This document shows, piece by piece, positions 37,126 to 45,910 of a stretch of 64,000 bases of DNA (positions within the stretch are counted from its first letter, which is position 1; each line of letters starts with the position of its first letter). The notes under the pieces were generated by a model. The model did not search any database and was not told the DNA's origin. It saw nothing but the letters and a program-made list of their open reading frames with translations. The position numbers and the translations under genes are program-made. Source of the stretch: an uncultured candidate division Zixibacteria bacterium. GTDB taxonomy: Bacteria; Zixibacteria; MSB-5A5; GN15; PGXB01. Location of the stretch: positions 864,001-928,000 of the forward strand of contig OY969724.1 of assembly GCA_963702205.1 (NCBI GenBank). The letters run 5' to 3'.

Positions 37126-39990
37126 TTATTCAAATTTGTAACTCAATCCAAGCGATAATGAGCGCCCGATATCATATTTCTTGAAGGTTACCTTTTGTCC
37201 GGTTCCGGTGTAATAGTAGTCGGCTTCAAAGTGCGCATTCAGGATATTTTTGGCCGCTGCCTTAAGGGTAAGGTGGCCAATCAACCTCTGGGAGAATGTC
37301 ATATCCACGAGATGACGGGGCATTTCGTAAATGTCGGGCGAAGCTCCGACGGCATTGTAATAGAACCTGCGGCCGAAGGCATTGTAAAGGACGGTCAAAG
37401 CCGTTCCGATTCCGGGATTGTCATACCCGACATTGAGGTTTATAATATAAGGTGACTGGTTTGCCATGGGTCGCTCGTCACTTGCATTGGCGTCAAGGTT
37501 ACGCATAAGCTTAAACTCATCTTCCGGGATTTTGAGACGAGAATGAACGACGGTCAAATTCCCGCCAATATTAAAGTTGGCGAGGTAAGAAGATAACCAG
37601 TCAAGACGCCTGCGAGCCTCCAATTCCAGGCCGTAGTTCTTTGCGATCGGTGAATTAACCGGATGATAATTATAGTTGTCGACCGTATAGGCGATCTCGA
37701 TGGGGTCAATAAATTTCTTGTAGAACATACTGACAGCCACTATTTCATTGGGTCGCATGAACCATTCCCACCTCAGGTCATAGTTCGTAATCTTGGTCAT
37801 CCGTAAATCGGGATTGCCGTAATAGTATTTCGAGGCGGCGAATTCCAGCGATCTGAAGGTGGCGATTTCCCGCATATTGGGCCGGGCCAGGGTTCGGCTC
37901 CAGGCAGCGCGAAGATTCATCTGTGACGAAAGGGTATAGACGAAATTGACCGATGGCAGCCAGTCGCTGGAGTTGATCTTGCCTCCCTGAGGAAGGGCTA
38001 TCAATGATTTTACATTCATGTCAGTTCGTTCGTGTCGTACACCGGCAATCATGGTAAGATTATTAAAAACACGGGTTTCGAGCATCAAATACCATGCAGG
38101 AATTTTCTGAGTTCCGTCGAATTCATCGGATTTGGACGGCCACAGGTAAGCATAATTGTCAAACATATAGAAGTTATAGGCTGTATCGGTTAGTCCGGCA
38201 TGCTCTGCCCACGCATCCATATTACCATTCAGTGAATCCAGCAACCGCGTGTTTGAATATTGGTATTTGATAACGGTTTGGCGCTGACTACGCTTCTTGT
38301 CGAGATAGCTCGTGCCAAGCTTGAACTGCGTCCGCTTGCTCAAAGAAATTTTTAGGTCAATGCTGGCTTCTTTATTTGTCTCCACAATATCGCGCCAATA
38401 AATGGACGGGAGAAGACTGCCGATCAGTCCTATATTCGTTGTATCCCAGGGGATTACGGTGGAATCGACGGCGTAGCTGTAGGCAAACAAGTCCAAAGTC
38501 TGATTTTGTTCAGTTCTTGAGTCATTGTATTGCCACTCAACCCTCATAGGCAGTCCCATCTTAAATTCACTAACGCCGTTTATTTGACCGCTCTTGAGCA
38601 CTCGTTCGGTGTAATCAGTATTATGCGATTCAAAAGTTTCGTCCGGTCCGAAATCGTTCAACACCCCTCTCAGGAACCGTATTTCCGACTTGCCATTGCG
38701 GTTATAGACGTATTTGGCGCCGATTTTATGCCTGGGGGCCAGATTATAATTCAGGGATGCCAGGCCGCCCCATAATACATTGTCAGTACTTCTGTCATCT
38801 TTGAGAAGATTCACGGGGTCCAGAGACGTTGCGGTCAGGGGGGCATATAAGTTTTGCTCACCATTAGTATATGAGGATTGCGACCTTTCATAGGTCAGAC
38901 TGCCAATCATGCCAAGCGGGCGACCCATGAATGGGAGATTATCCCCGTAGGAGAACGCATAATTCTGATTGAGAGGGACCTTGGCATATCGGGGATTATA
39001 TTCCGGCTTCAGGGAGTTGCAGACGCTGTCCAGGAAAAGAGCTTTGCCCAAATCTCCCGGAGCCCTGTATATAATGTTGTTTTGCGGGATCCGGTCTATA
39101 TTGTCCTTGATAAATTGCGGAATATCTCTCATTCCATCGTCGCGCCCCAACCAATCGGTCGAACTCTTGGTACTGGTCATCGCTGTTTTGCCGGTGAATA
39201 AAGTATTATATGATGAACCGGCCGAAAATGAGAAGGTCCGGGATACCGGGAAATCTTTGGTGACGAGATTAACACTGCCGCCCGTGAAATTGCCCGGCTG
39301 ATCGGGAGTATAGCTCTTGGTCACGACAATATTATCAAGTAGATTGGAAGGGACCAGGTCCATGTTGAAGGCTTGTTTTTCCGGATCGGCACTGGGCAAA
39401 ACGCTGCCATTCAGACGGGTATTGGTATATCGGTCGCCCAGTCCCCTGATGATGGCGTACTTACCATCGGCGACCGAGGCACCCGTCACACGCATCATGG
39501 CCTGAGCTACGTTTCCGCCGCCCGAACGGGCGATATTGTCGGCGCCAATGGCATCACTGACGGTCGGAGCCTTCTGTCGATAGCGCATGACGGCGGCGTC
39601 GGAGCTTTGTTCGAGTTTGGCGGTAACTTTAATTCTCTTGTTCAGGTCCAGGGTTTTCTGTTCGATAGAGATATCAATATTCTGGATTCCTTTCTGAATA
39701 TTCACTCCCTCAATGTGCTTCGGTGTATATCCCAGGCTGCTGACGACCACATTATATTCACCCGGCTCTATATTTTTAATATTATAGGTGCCGTCAAGAT
39801 TCGTCGAGCTCCCTTTTGTCGTCCCTTCCAGCATGACCGTGACACCGGGCAGCGGCTCACCGTTCTCGGTATCGACTATCTTCCCCGTTAATTGCCCTAA
39901 TTCTGATGCGACTGCCAGACTGAAAGATGACAATATGAAGAACGACAGAAGCATGACAATTCTGGCCGCTATTGTCCGGATATAGACCAT
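37126..39990 (-). CDS. TonB-dependent outer membrane receptor with N-terminal carboxypeptidase-regulatory-like domain
   Basis: GKIVDTENGEPLPGVTV; plug IRGLGDRY..LNG..DLVPSNLL; barrel ending SLGLSYKF; start uncertain. Confidence 0.9.
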   Translation of the reverse strand: MVYIRTIAARIVMLLSFFILSSFSLAVASELGQLTGKIVDTENGEPLPGVTVMLEGTTKGSSTNLDGTYNIKNIEPGEYNVVVSSLGYTPKHIEGVNIQKGIQNIDISIEQKTLDLNKRIKVTAKLEQSSDAAVMRYRQKAPTVSDAIGADNIARSGGGNVAQAMMRVTGASVADGKYAIIRGLGDRYTNTRLNGSVLPSADPEKQAFNMDLVPSNLLDNIVVTKSYTPDQPGNFTGGSVNLVTKDFPVSRTFSFSAGSSYNTLFTGKTAMTSTKSSTDWLGRDDGMRDIPQFIKDNIDRIPQNNIIYRAPGDLGKALFLDSVCNSLKPEYNPRYAKVPLNQNYAFSYGDNLPFMGRPLGMIGSLTYERSQSSYTNGEQNLYAPLTATSLDPVNLLKDDRSTDNVLWGGLASLNYNLAPRHKIGAKYVYNRNGKSEIRFLRGVLNDFGPDETFESHNTDYTERVLKSGQINGVSEFKMGLPMRVEWQYNDSRTEQNQTLDLFAYSYAVDSTVIPWDTTNIGLIGSLLPSIYWRDIVETNKEASIDLKISLSKRTQFKLGTSYLDKKRSQRQTVIKYQYSNTRLLDSLNGNMDAWAEHAGLTDTAYNFYMFDNYAYLWPSKSDEFDGTQKIPAWYLMLETRVFNNLTMIAGVRHERTDMNVKSLIALPQGGKINSSDWLPSVNFVYTLSSQMNLRAAWSRTLARPNMREIATFRSLEFAASKYYYGNPDLRMTKITNYDLRWEWFMRPNEIVAVSMFYKKFIDPIEIAYTVDNYNYHPVNSPIAKNYGLELEARRRLDWLSSYLANFNIGGNLTVVHSRLKIPEDEFKLMRNLDANASDERPMANQSPYIINLNVGYDNPGIGTALTVLYNAFGRRFYYNAVGASPDIYEMPRHLVDMTFSQRLIGHLTLKAAAKNILNAHFEADYYYTGTGQKVTFKKYDIGRSLSLGLSYKFE

Positions 39991-40369
39991 TTTGCAAACC
40001 CGCCTGTTTTTTTTCACTAAAATTCCTCCTTGAAGGTTTCCCATAATCTGAGTTAAATCCCGCTCTAAGCACGCTTTCAAAATAGGGGAATGAGGCCTTT
40101 TTATATTAGCGTTAGATTAGAGGAATATTTATTCTTGGTAAAGAAATCGGCCGGCCACGGCAGCCAACCGGAAACAGAGATTTATCTCAGGTATATACTA
40201 ATGAAAGTGGACCACCCTTAGTGTATGATAAGGATTTGCTTGAATCTCAATATTTATTGGTAAAGTCGCAAGGACCGTGCTTTCCCGCTGCCAATTCGGA
40301 TGCCAATTTTATCACGGGAAATTCTGTGTTTATGATATAGAGCCGGTCCGCCTGTCCGGCAATTCGAGC

Positions 40370-41131
40370 CTATAGGAGATATCTGTATCGAAATTTGACC
40401 AGCCGGGTACTCATCTCCATCGCCAGGATTCTGTATTTTTGCATATCCCTGGTAATTAAAGTGTCCTTCATTCTTTGAGACAGATCGGCAAAATATGAAA
40501 ATTCCCTGGCGGCCAGGTCGGCCTTATCCTTGGCCTTTTCCGGCAGATCGTCGGGCGACAGGCCCTGCACCATGGCAATAATTGTGTCTGTAGCCTCGGC
40601 CATTTCAGGGATACCACCTCTTCTTACAAGACTGTCTGAAAGAAATTTCGATTTGTCAATCAGCTTCTCGAGGGCGGGATATGGTAAGGGAATCAAGACC
40701 ACTGAAGTGGATTCAAACAGCGGCTGTATCTGTGCAAAAGACGTCAGAATCGCTGTCGAATCCCCTTTTTTGGCAGCGCTGACGTAATCGGCCACCGATT
40801 TCAAAAAATCATACTTGCTTTCTTTAAAAGCTGACATCTTATCCTTGAAACGGGTCTTGAATTCCATCTCATATAATGAAATTGCAGCCGAATCAATTGC
40901 AGGGGCATTTGATATCAGTAACCCTATATCCTGAGAGGGATAAGCTCCCTGCCAGAGGGGCAAATATACTTGCCGGAAGTTGATAATCTCTTTGTATCCC
41001 TCGCGGGCAGCGGATTCTGACGGTGTGCTGTCCGCACGGGCGGAACAGATAGCGACTGTCAGCAAAAATGACGTCAGAGCAAACAGGCGCAAGGTGCTGT
41101 CCATTCTGGCCATAAAATTATTGGTTTTCAT
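40370..41131 (-). CDS. Secreted helical hypothetical protein
   Basis: GAGG RBS, signal peptide ending ARA-D. Confidence 0.65.
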   Translation of the reverse strand: MKTNNFMARMDSTLRLFALTSFLLTVAICSARADSTPSESAAREGYKEIINFRQVYLPLWQGAYPSQDIGLLISNAPAIDSAAISLYEMEFKTRFKDKMSAFKESKYDFLKSVADYVSAAKKGDSTAILTSFAQIQPLFESTSVVLIPLPYPALEKLIDKSKFLSDSLVRRGGIPEMAEATDTIIAMVQGLSPDDLPEKAKDKADLAAREFSYFADLSQRMKDTLITRDMQKYRILAMEMSTRLVKFRYRYLL

Positions 41132-41190
41132 AATATTCTGTTACCTCAAATCATGACTTTTTAAATTATACAGCTGTAATAGGTAGTCGA

Positions 41191-41218
41191 TGTTAGCAGA
41201 CGATTAGGAATTAGTTAA
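41191..41218 (-). promoter_or_regulatory. Putative PHO-type box (3 units, 11-bp period)
   Basis: TTAAC/CTAAT/CTAAC on - strand starting at 41218, 41207, 41196. Confidence 0.5.
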
Positions 41219-41295
41219 GATCTGTCCCCGGCTGCTCGTTAATAAATATAAGGCTTGAAGAGTTGGCCTTCGCGCATTTTTCGCTCCCGATCAAC

Positions 41296-41335
41296 TTAAC
41301 ACTAATTTAACACTTCCATAATACTCGAATAACCT
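41296..41335 (+). promoter_or_regulatory. Putative PHO-type box (4 units, 11-bp period)
   Basis: TTAACAC 41296, TTAACAC 41307, ATAATAC 41318, ATAACCT 41329. Confidence 0.6.
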
Positions 41336-41511
41336 GAAAATTCTACCATCCCAAAGAGCGTGTGTGATTTGATTATCACCTTAGGGAGCCACGGGCGGAA
41401 TAAAACAACCGCCGAATGAAATGTAAATCCAACTCGTTAACGGCAATAAGCAACGGGAGGGACATAAAGAATTTCGACTAAAGACTCGCACTCACGGCCA
41501 ATTACTTGATT

Positions 41512-41676
41512 ATGAAAATGACTTTAAATAACAATATTTTTTTGAGCGTCGGCAACTCCGGTGTCGCGTCCGGCACCAGTTCCTCGGGTCCGGCCAATAC
41601 CCGGGATAGTGACCCGATGAAAACTGAGTCTGCCGATCGGTTCCTCGATGACGTTGATTGTGCTTTAGAAAATTAA
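41512..41676 (+). CDS. Possible 54-aa small protein
   Basis: MKMTLNNNIFLSVGNSGVASGTSSSGPANTRDSDPMKTESADRFLDDVDCALEN; lies between periodic box and terminator; no clear RBS. Confidence 0.3.
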   Translation: MKMTLNNNIFLSVGNSGVASGTSSSGPANTRDSDPMKTESADRFLDDVDCALEN

Positions 41677-41721
41677 GATCTCCCAATCCTCTCTGCTGGT
41701 TATATCCCGCCAGTGCAGAGT

Positions 41722-41757
41722 CGGGCAGGCCCCTCAGGGGCTTGCCCGCTTTTTTTT
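41722..41757 (+). terminator. Rho-independent terminator
   Basis: CGGGCAGGCCCC-TCA-GGGGCTTGCCCG followed by T8. Confidence 0.85.
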
Positions 41758-41780
41758 CAGCGAATGCCGAAAATACAATC

Positions 41781-41808
41781 TTCATAAAACCTTAATAGTC
41801 TTTTAACA
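41781..41808 (+). promoter_or_regulatory. Putative PHO-type box upstream of phoB
   Basis: TTCATA 41781, TTAATA 41792, TTAACA 41803. Confidence 0.5.
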
Positions 41809-41863
41809 ATAGGCGCGCTATATGAAGCCGGGAAAATGCATAAGGAAAGGGGTATGGTTGCAC

Positions 41864-42550
41864 ATGGCTAACGAAAATGTCCTTATTGTTGAAGACGAAA
41901 AGGACATCCTTGACATGATTGTCTTTACCCTGAACAAAGAGGGATTTAAGGCGCGCGGCGTTATGACCGGGGAAGAAGTTTTTCCCGACGTTTCACAACA
42001 ACTGCCCGATTTGATTTTACTCGACCTGATGCTTCCGGGTATCGACGGCCTGGAGGTATGCCGCCGTCTGCGGTGGGATTCCAAAACCAAGGACGTTCCG
42101 ATAATCATAGTTTCCGCCAAGACCGAAGAAGCCGATGTCGTGGCGGGCCTTGAACTTGGGGCCAACGATTACATCACCAAACCGTTCAGTCCGAAAGTCC
42201 TCGCCGCTCGCGTCCGGGCCGCCTTGCGCCAGCGGTTGAAACAAATGGCCGATGACGGCGCCCGTCTGAAGCTTCATAACCTGTCCATCCATCCCGGCCG
42301 TCACGAGGTGCTGGTCGACGGCGAGCGGGTCGATTTGACCGTGGCGGAATTCCGGCTGTTGCACCTGTTGATGTCGCACCCGGGCTGGGTGTTTTCGCGC
42401 TATCAAATTGTCGATTCGATACACGGAGAGGACTATCACGTCACCGATCGCTCGGTCGACGTGCAATGCGCCGGGCTGCGCAAAAAACTGGGCAGCGCCG
42501 CGCAGCATATTGAAACCGTGCGCGGTGTCGGTTACCGTTTTCGGGAATAA
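41864..42550 (+). CDS. phoB: OmpR/PhoB family response regulator, PhoB-like
   Basis: VEDE, LLDLMLPGIDGLEVCRRLR, GANDYITKPFSP, HPGWVFSRYQI, DRSVDVQ, IETVRGVGYRF. Confidence 0.8.
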   Translation: MANENVLIVEDEKDILDMIVFTLNKEGFKARGVMTGEEVFPDVSQQLPDLILLDLMLPGIDGLEVCRRLRWDSKTKDVPIIIVSAKTEEADVVAGLELGANDYITKPFSPKVLAARVRAALRQRLKQMADDGARLKLHNLSIHPGRHEVLVDGERVDLTVAEFRLLHLLMSHPGWVFSRYQIVDSIHGEDYHVTDRSVDVQCAGLRKKLGSAAQHIETVRGVGYRFRE

Positions 42551-43016
42551 GAGACATTTCTTTAATTGATTTGACCTCTTTTTTAACCATTTCAGTTTTC
42601 TGTATTTATTAAAATTCTCCATAATTTTGATTGACAATTCGGTATAATTTGTTATTTTTTTCACAAGTAAATGGAGGGCTTTTCCGATGCGCTCGGCCCG
42701 GTTAACGCAAAGTCGAGTGTCTGATCAAGATATTCCGTCCTCGACACTTGGGAATATCCGACCCCGAAGTGTTTTTTTTAACTATATTCCGCCAGGTCAT
42801 AAAAGCGGCTTTCATTTTATTTGCCCGGAATCCGGTAAGGTTGTGCTATATTATGTGAAAATCTTCACAAATCATTCGAGGCGGCACGATCGTCTCGGGC
42901 TTCCCCGTTTGACAAAAAAACCGATGGGAAATCTCGTTGAAATGGCTGTATCTTATGGTATGCGTTGGAATGAAATTCCAGCCAACCGGGCCAAAACCCG
43001 AAAGGCCTGATGATTT

Positions 43017-43400
43017 ATGCACGAACTTAAAATCGCCACGGAAATAATCGAGACGGTGCAGGCCGAAATGATTCGGCGCGACCTTGAACGAATCGGCGCG
43101 GTTGGTTTGGCGGTCGGGGCTTTGTCCGGGGTCGATCCGGATGCTCTTGGTTTTGCGTACGATGCCTCGGTGATTGGCACTTCACTTCACGGGTCGCGTC
43201 TCGATATAGAATTCATCCCGGTCGAGGGTCGCTGCCTGGCGTGCGAGCACGAGTTTTCCGTGGATGATCTTTGTTTCGTCTGCCCCGAATGCGGTTCGGG
43301 CAAGCTTGATATCATTCGGGGACAGGAATTGAATATTGTCTGGCTCAGGACGGGTGACTCGACCGGCAGTACAAAAGGAGAAAATCATGGCGCGGGATAA
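43017..43400 (+). CDS. hypA: Hydrogenase nickel chaperone HypA
   Basis: MHELKIA, CLAC...CPECG, RGQELNI. Confidence 0.92.
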   Translation: MHELKIATEIIETVQAEMIRRDLERIGAVGLAVGALSGVDPDALGFAYDASVIGTSLHGSRLDIEFIPVEGRCLACEHEFSVDDLCFVCPECGSGKLDIIRGQELNIVWLRTGDSTGSTKGENHGAG

Positions 43401-44079
43401 AATACCATTTGAGAAGAAAGTCCTTTCCGAAAACGACCGCCTGGCGGAACAGATACGAGGTCAGCTTGACCACCACGGTGTGACGGCTTTCAATCTGGTC
43501 AGCTCTCCCGGTTCCGGCAAGACCAGCCTGCTGGAAAAAACGCTTGCCGCGCTATCGATGAAATTAAAAATGGCACTGGTGGCCGGTGACGTGCAAACCG
43601 AGAAAGATGCCGAACGGCTGCAAAGAGCCGGAGGGAAAATCGTCCGGCCCATTGTCACCGGAGGCGCCTGTCACCTCGATGCGCGCATGGTCGGTACCGC
43701 CATCGCCGACATAAAAATCGACGATCTCGACGTGCTCTTCATCGAAAACGTCGGTAACCTGGTCTGCCCGTCGAGCTATGATCTCGGCGAGGACATGAAA
43801 GTTGTCCTGATAAGTACGACCGAGGGCGACGACAAGCCGCTTAAGTACCCCTCGATGTTCCGCCGTTCATCGGTAATGATCATAAATAAAATCGACCTGC
43901 TGGGGTATTCGGATTTCAGCATCGAACGGGTCCGCGAAAACGCCCTGAAAATAAATCCGGCGCTGGAAATATTCGAACTGTCCTGCCGGACGGAGAGCGG
44001 TCTCGATGCCTGGCTGGAGTGGCTGGTACAAACGGCAGCTTCGAAAAAAAGTAAAAATATGACGATTGTCGATTTATGA
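43387..44079 (+). CDS. hypB: Hydrogenase nickel incorporation GTPase HypB
   Basis: SSPGSGKTSLLE, GACHLDA, ENVGNLVCP, EGDDKPLKYP, NKIDL. Confidence 0.95.
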   Translation: MARDKIPFEKKVLSENDRLAEQIRGQLDHHGVTAFNLVSSPGSGKTSLLEKTLAALSMKLKMALVAGDVQTEKDAERLQRAGGKIVRPIVTGGACHLDARMVGTAIADIKIDDLDVLFIENVGNLVCPSSYDLGEDMKVVLISTTEGDDKPLKYPSMFRRSSVMIINKIDLLGYSDFSIERVRENALKINPALEIFELSCRTESGLDAWLEWLVQTAASKKSKNMTIVDL

Positions 44080-44122
44080 TAAATTATAGGATGTAAAAAT
44101 CGTTTTAAAAAGGGTTACGACC

Positions 44123-45532
44123 ATGAGGACGATTACATTCGTAGAAAAAGAGTACCGCATCGACTCCCACGGCTTTTTGCTTTTTCCCGAGGACTGGGAC
44201 GAGGATTTCGCCCGGGGAATGGCGCACAAGGCCGGTATCAAAGACGAGCTCGGTCCGGCTCACTGGAAGATGATTTATTTTATCCGTAATGAATTCGAAC
44301 GCATGCACGCCTGTCCTCTGGTTTATATCTCCTGTTTGAAAAACGAAATCGGTCTCGGCGATCTAAAAAGGTTGTTTCCGGCGGGCTATCTTCGTGGTGT
44401 CTGCCGACTGGCGGGAATTTCCTACCGTCAGGGATATTTTCAGAAAATCTGGTTTCGTGAAAATGCGCTGGTCAATACGCAAGCTTATGAAAACAAATCG
44501 TACTTCGTGGATTGCGAGGGTTTCCTCACCAACCCCGACGACTGGGACGAAAACTTCGCGCTGCACAAGGCCTATGAAATAAAAATGCCCGAGTACCTTT
44601 CTTCCGATCACTGGCGGTTGATGACCTATGTTCGCGATAAGTACAATACCACGCAGATGATTCCGATGCCGGAGGAATTCTGTCACGACAATAAAATCAC
44701 GCCGGGGGAATTGGAGTGGTTGTTTCCCGACGGCTACTATCGCGGCCTGATCCGTCTGGCCGGATTGAAAACGCACAATTCTCAGCGCGAAGCCTTATTA
44801 AAATTCGATAATGCACTATGCAACGGGTTCCTTGTCGGCAATAACGATAACGTATCACAAGGAGCGAATATCATGGGAACGCTTGAATATGGAGAAAAAA
44901 CCTACGAGGTGGACGATAAGGGCTTTTTATCCGATTTTAGGCAGTGGGACGAAAACTTCGCCCGCGGCGCAGCCGCCCGCGCCGGGATGAATCCCGAACT
45001 CAGCACCGAGCACTGGCAGGTCATTCGGTCGATTCGCAAGGGCTATCAGGAAACCGGGCGCTGTCCGATCGTCTTCGAAACCTGCCGTACCAACGGGCTG
45101 CGGCTCGATGAACTCCGGCGGCTTTTCCCGACCGGCTACCTGCGCGGAGCCTGCCGGCTCGCCGGGATTACGTACAAGGTCGGCTATCTCGGGCAGGCGT
45201 ACTTACCGTCGGCCGCCGACGACCTGAACCATATTTCGGCCAACAAAGTCTATGAAGTCGACGTGCGCGGCTTTTTGATCCGCCCCGAAGACTGGGACGA
45301 GTACTACGCCGCCTACCGGGCTTTCGATATGAAAATCCCCGGCGGGAGACTGACCGACGACCATTGGCGGGTGATTCGCTTTATGCGCTCGCAGTACACC
45401 GCCACCGGTGAGATTCCCAATATTTACGAGACGTGCGAAAAGAACGGGTTATCTTTGAACGAACTGGAGAAATTGTTCCCCGACGGTTATCATCGCGGTG
45501 CGGTGAAGATCGCGGGATTAAGAGCGCTGTGA
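44123..45532 (+). CDS. TusE/DsrC-family protein with four tandem domains
   Basis: Four copies of D..GFL....W.E..A ... HW..I...R ... LFP.GY.RG....AG; internal AAGGAG + ATG at 44873. Confidence 0.8.
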   Translation: MRTITFVEKEYRIDSHGFLLFPEDWDEDFARGMAHKAGIKDELGPAHWKMIYFIRNEFERMHACPLVYISCLKNEIGLGDLKRLFPAGYLRGVCRLAGISYRQGYFQKIWFRENALVNTQAYENKSYFVDCEGFLTNPDDWDENFALHKAYEIKMPEYLSSDHWRLMTYVRDKYNTTQMIPMPEEFCHDNKITPGELEWLFPDGYYRGLIRLAGLKTHNSQREALLKFDNALCNGFLVGNNDNVSQGANIMGTLEYGEKTYEVDDKGFLSDFRQWDENFARGAAARAGMNPELSTEHWQVIRSIRKGYQETGRCPIVFETCRTNGLRLDELRRLFPTGYLRGACRLAGITYKVGYLGQAYLPSAADDLNHISANKVYEVDVRGFLIRPEDWDEYYAAYRAFDMKIPGGRLTDDHWRVIRFMRSQYTATGEIPNIYETCEKNGLSLNELEKLFPDGYHRGAVKIAGLRAL

Positions 45533-45582
45533 CGTAAATTAATTTGTTCGGACTTCGTTGATTGATGCGGATATGATCTTCA

Positions 45583-45688
45583 GTAGGTCAGGAGCCCTGT
45601 GCTCCTGACATCTTTTCTGAATGAAATGACGGGCGCTCCTGACATCTTTTCTTAAACGAAAGCGGCAGGAAAAAATTCCTGCCGCCAC
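45583..45688. repeat. REP-like palindromes between convergent genes
   Basis: GTAG-GTCAGGAGC-CCTGT-GCTCCTGAC; 18-bp direct repeat at 45601 and 45635; GCGGCAGGAA/TTCCTGCCGC hairpin followed by CAC. Confidence 0.55.
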
Positions 45689-45706
45689 GGAACTCACTCG
45701 GATGAT

Positions 45707-45889
45707 TTACTTCCCCCGTCTCTCCTTTTTATCAATCTCGTGCTTTTTGGCCGGACGACCCAGGGCTTTAATTCTTTCGCCACACTCACCGCAGGTGACG
45801 ATGACGACGCCGTCGTGGTCGGCCTGACCGATGTCGAGGAATTTACTCCCGCACTGCGGGCACTCTTTGATACTGCTCAGTTTACGCAT
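45707..45889 (-). CDS. Small zinc-ribbon protein
   Basis: GAGGG RBS; CPQCG...CGECG. Confidence 0.6.
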   Translation of the reverse strand: MRKLSSIKECPQCGSKFLDIGQADHDGVVIVTCGECGERIKALGRPAKKHEIDKKERRGK

Positions 45890-45910
45890 GGTATTCCCTC
45901 ACTTACTAAA

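Noticed and set aside
40277..40308. Sigma54 promoter for the TonB receptor (two TTGGCA words on - strand)
   Set aside because: One has GG at -12; the other lacks the TT before GC and the CACG core; no activator adjacent
44123..45532. Evidence of dissimilatory sulfate reduction
   Set aside because: Lacks the two C-terminal Cys of true DsrC; no dsrAB in the window
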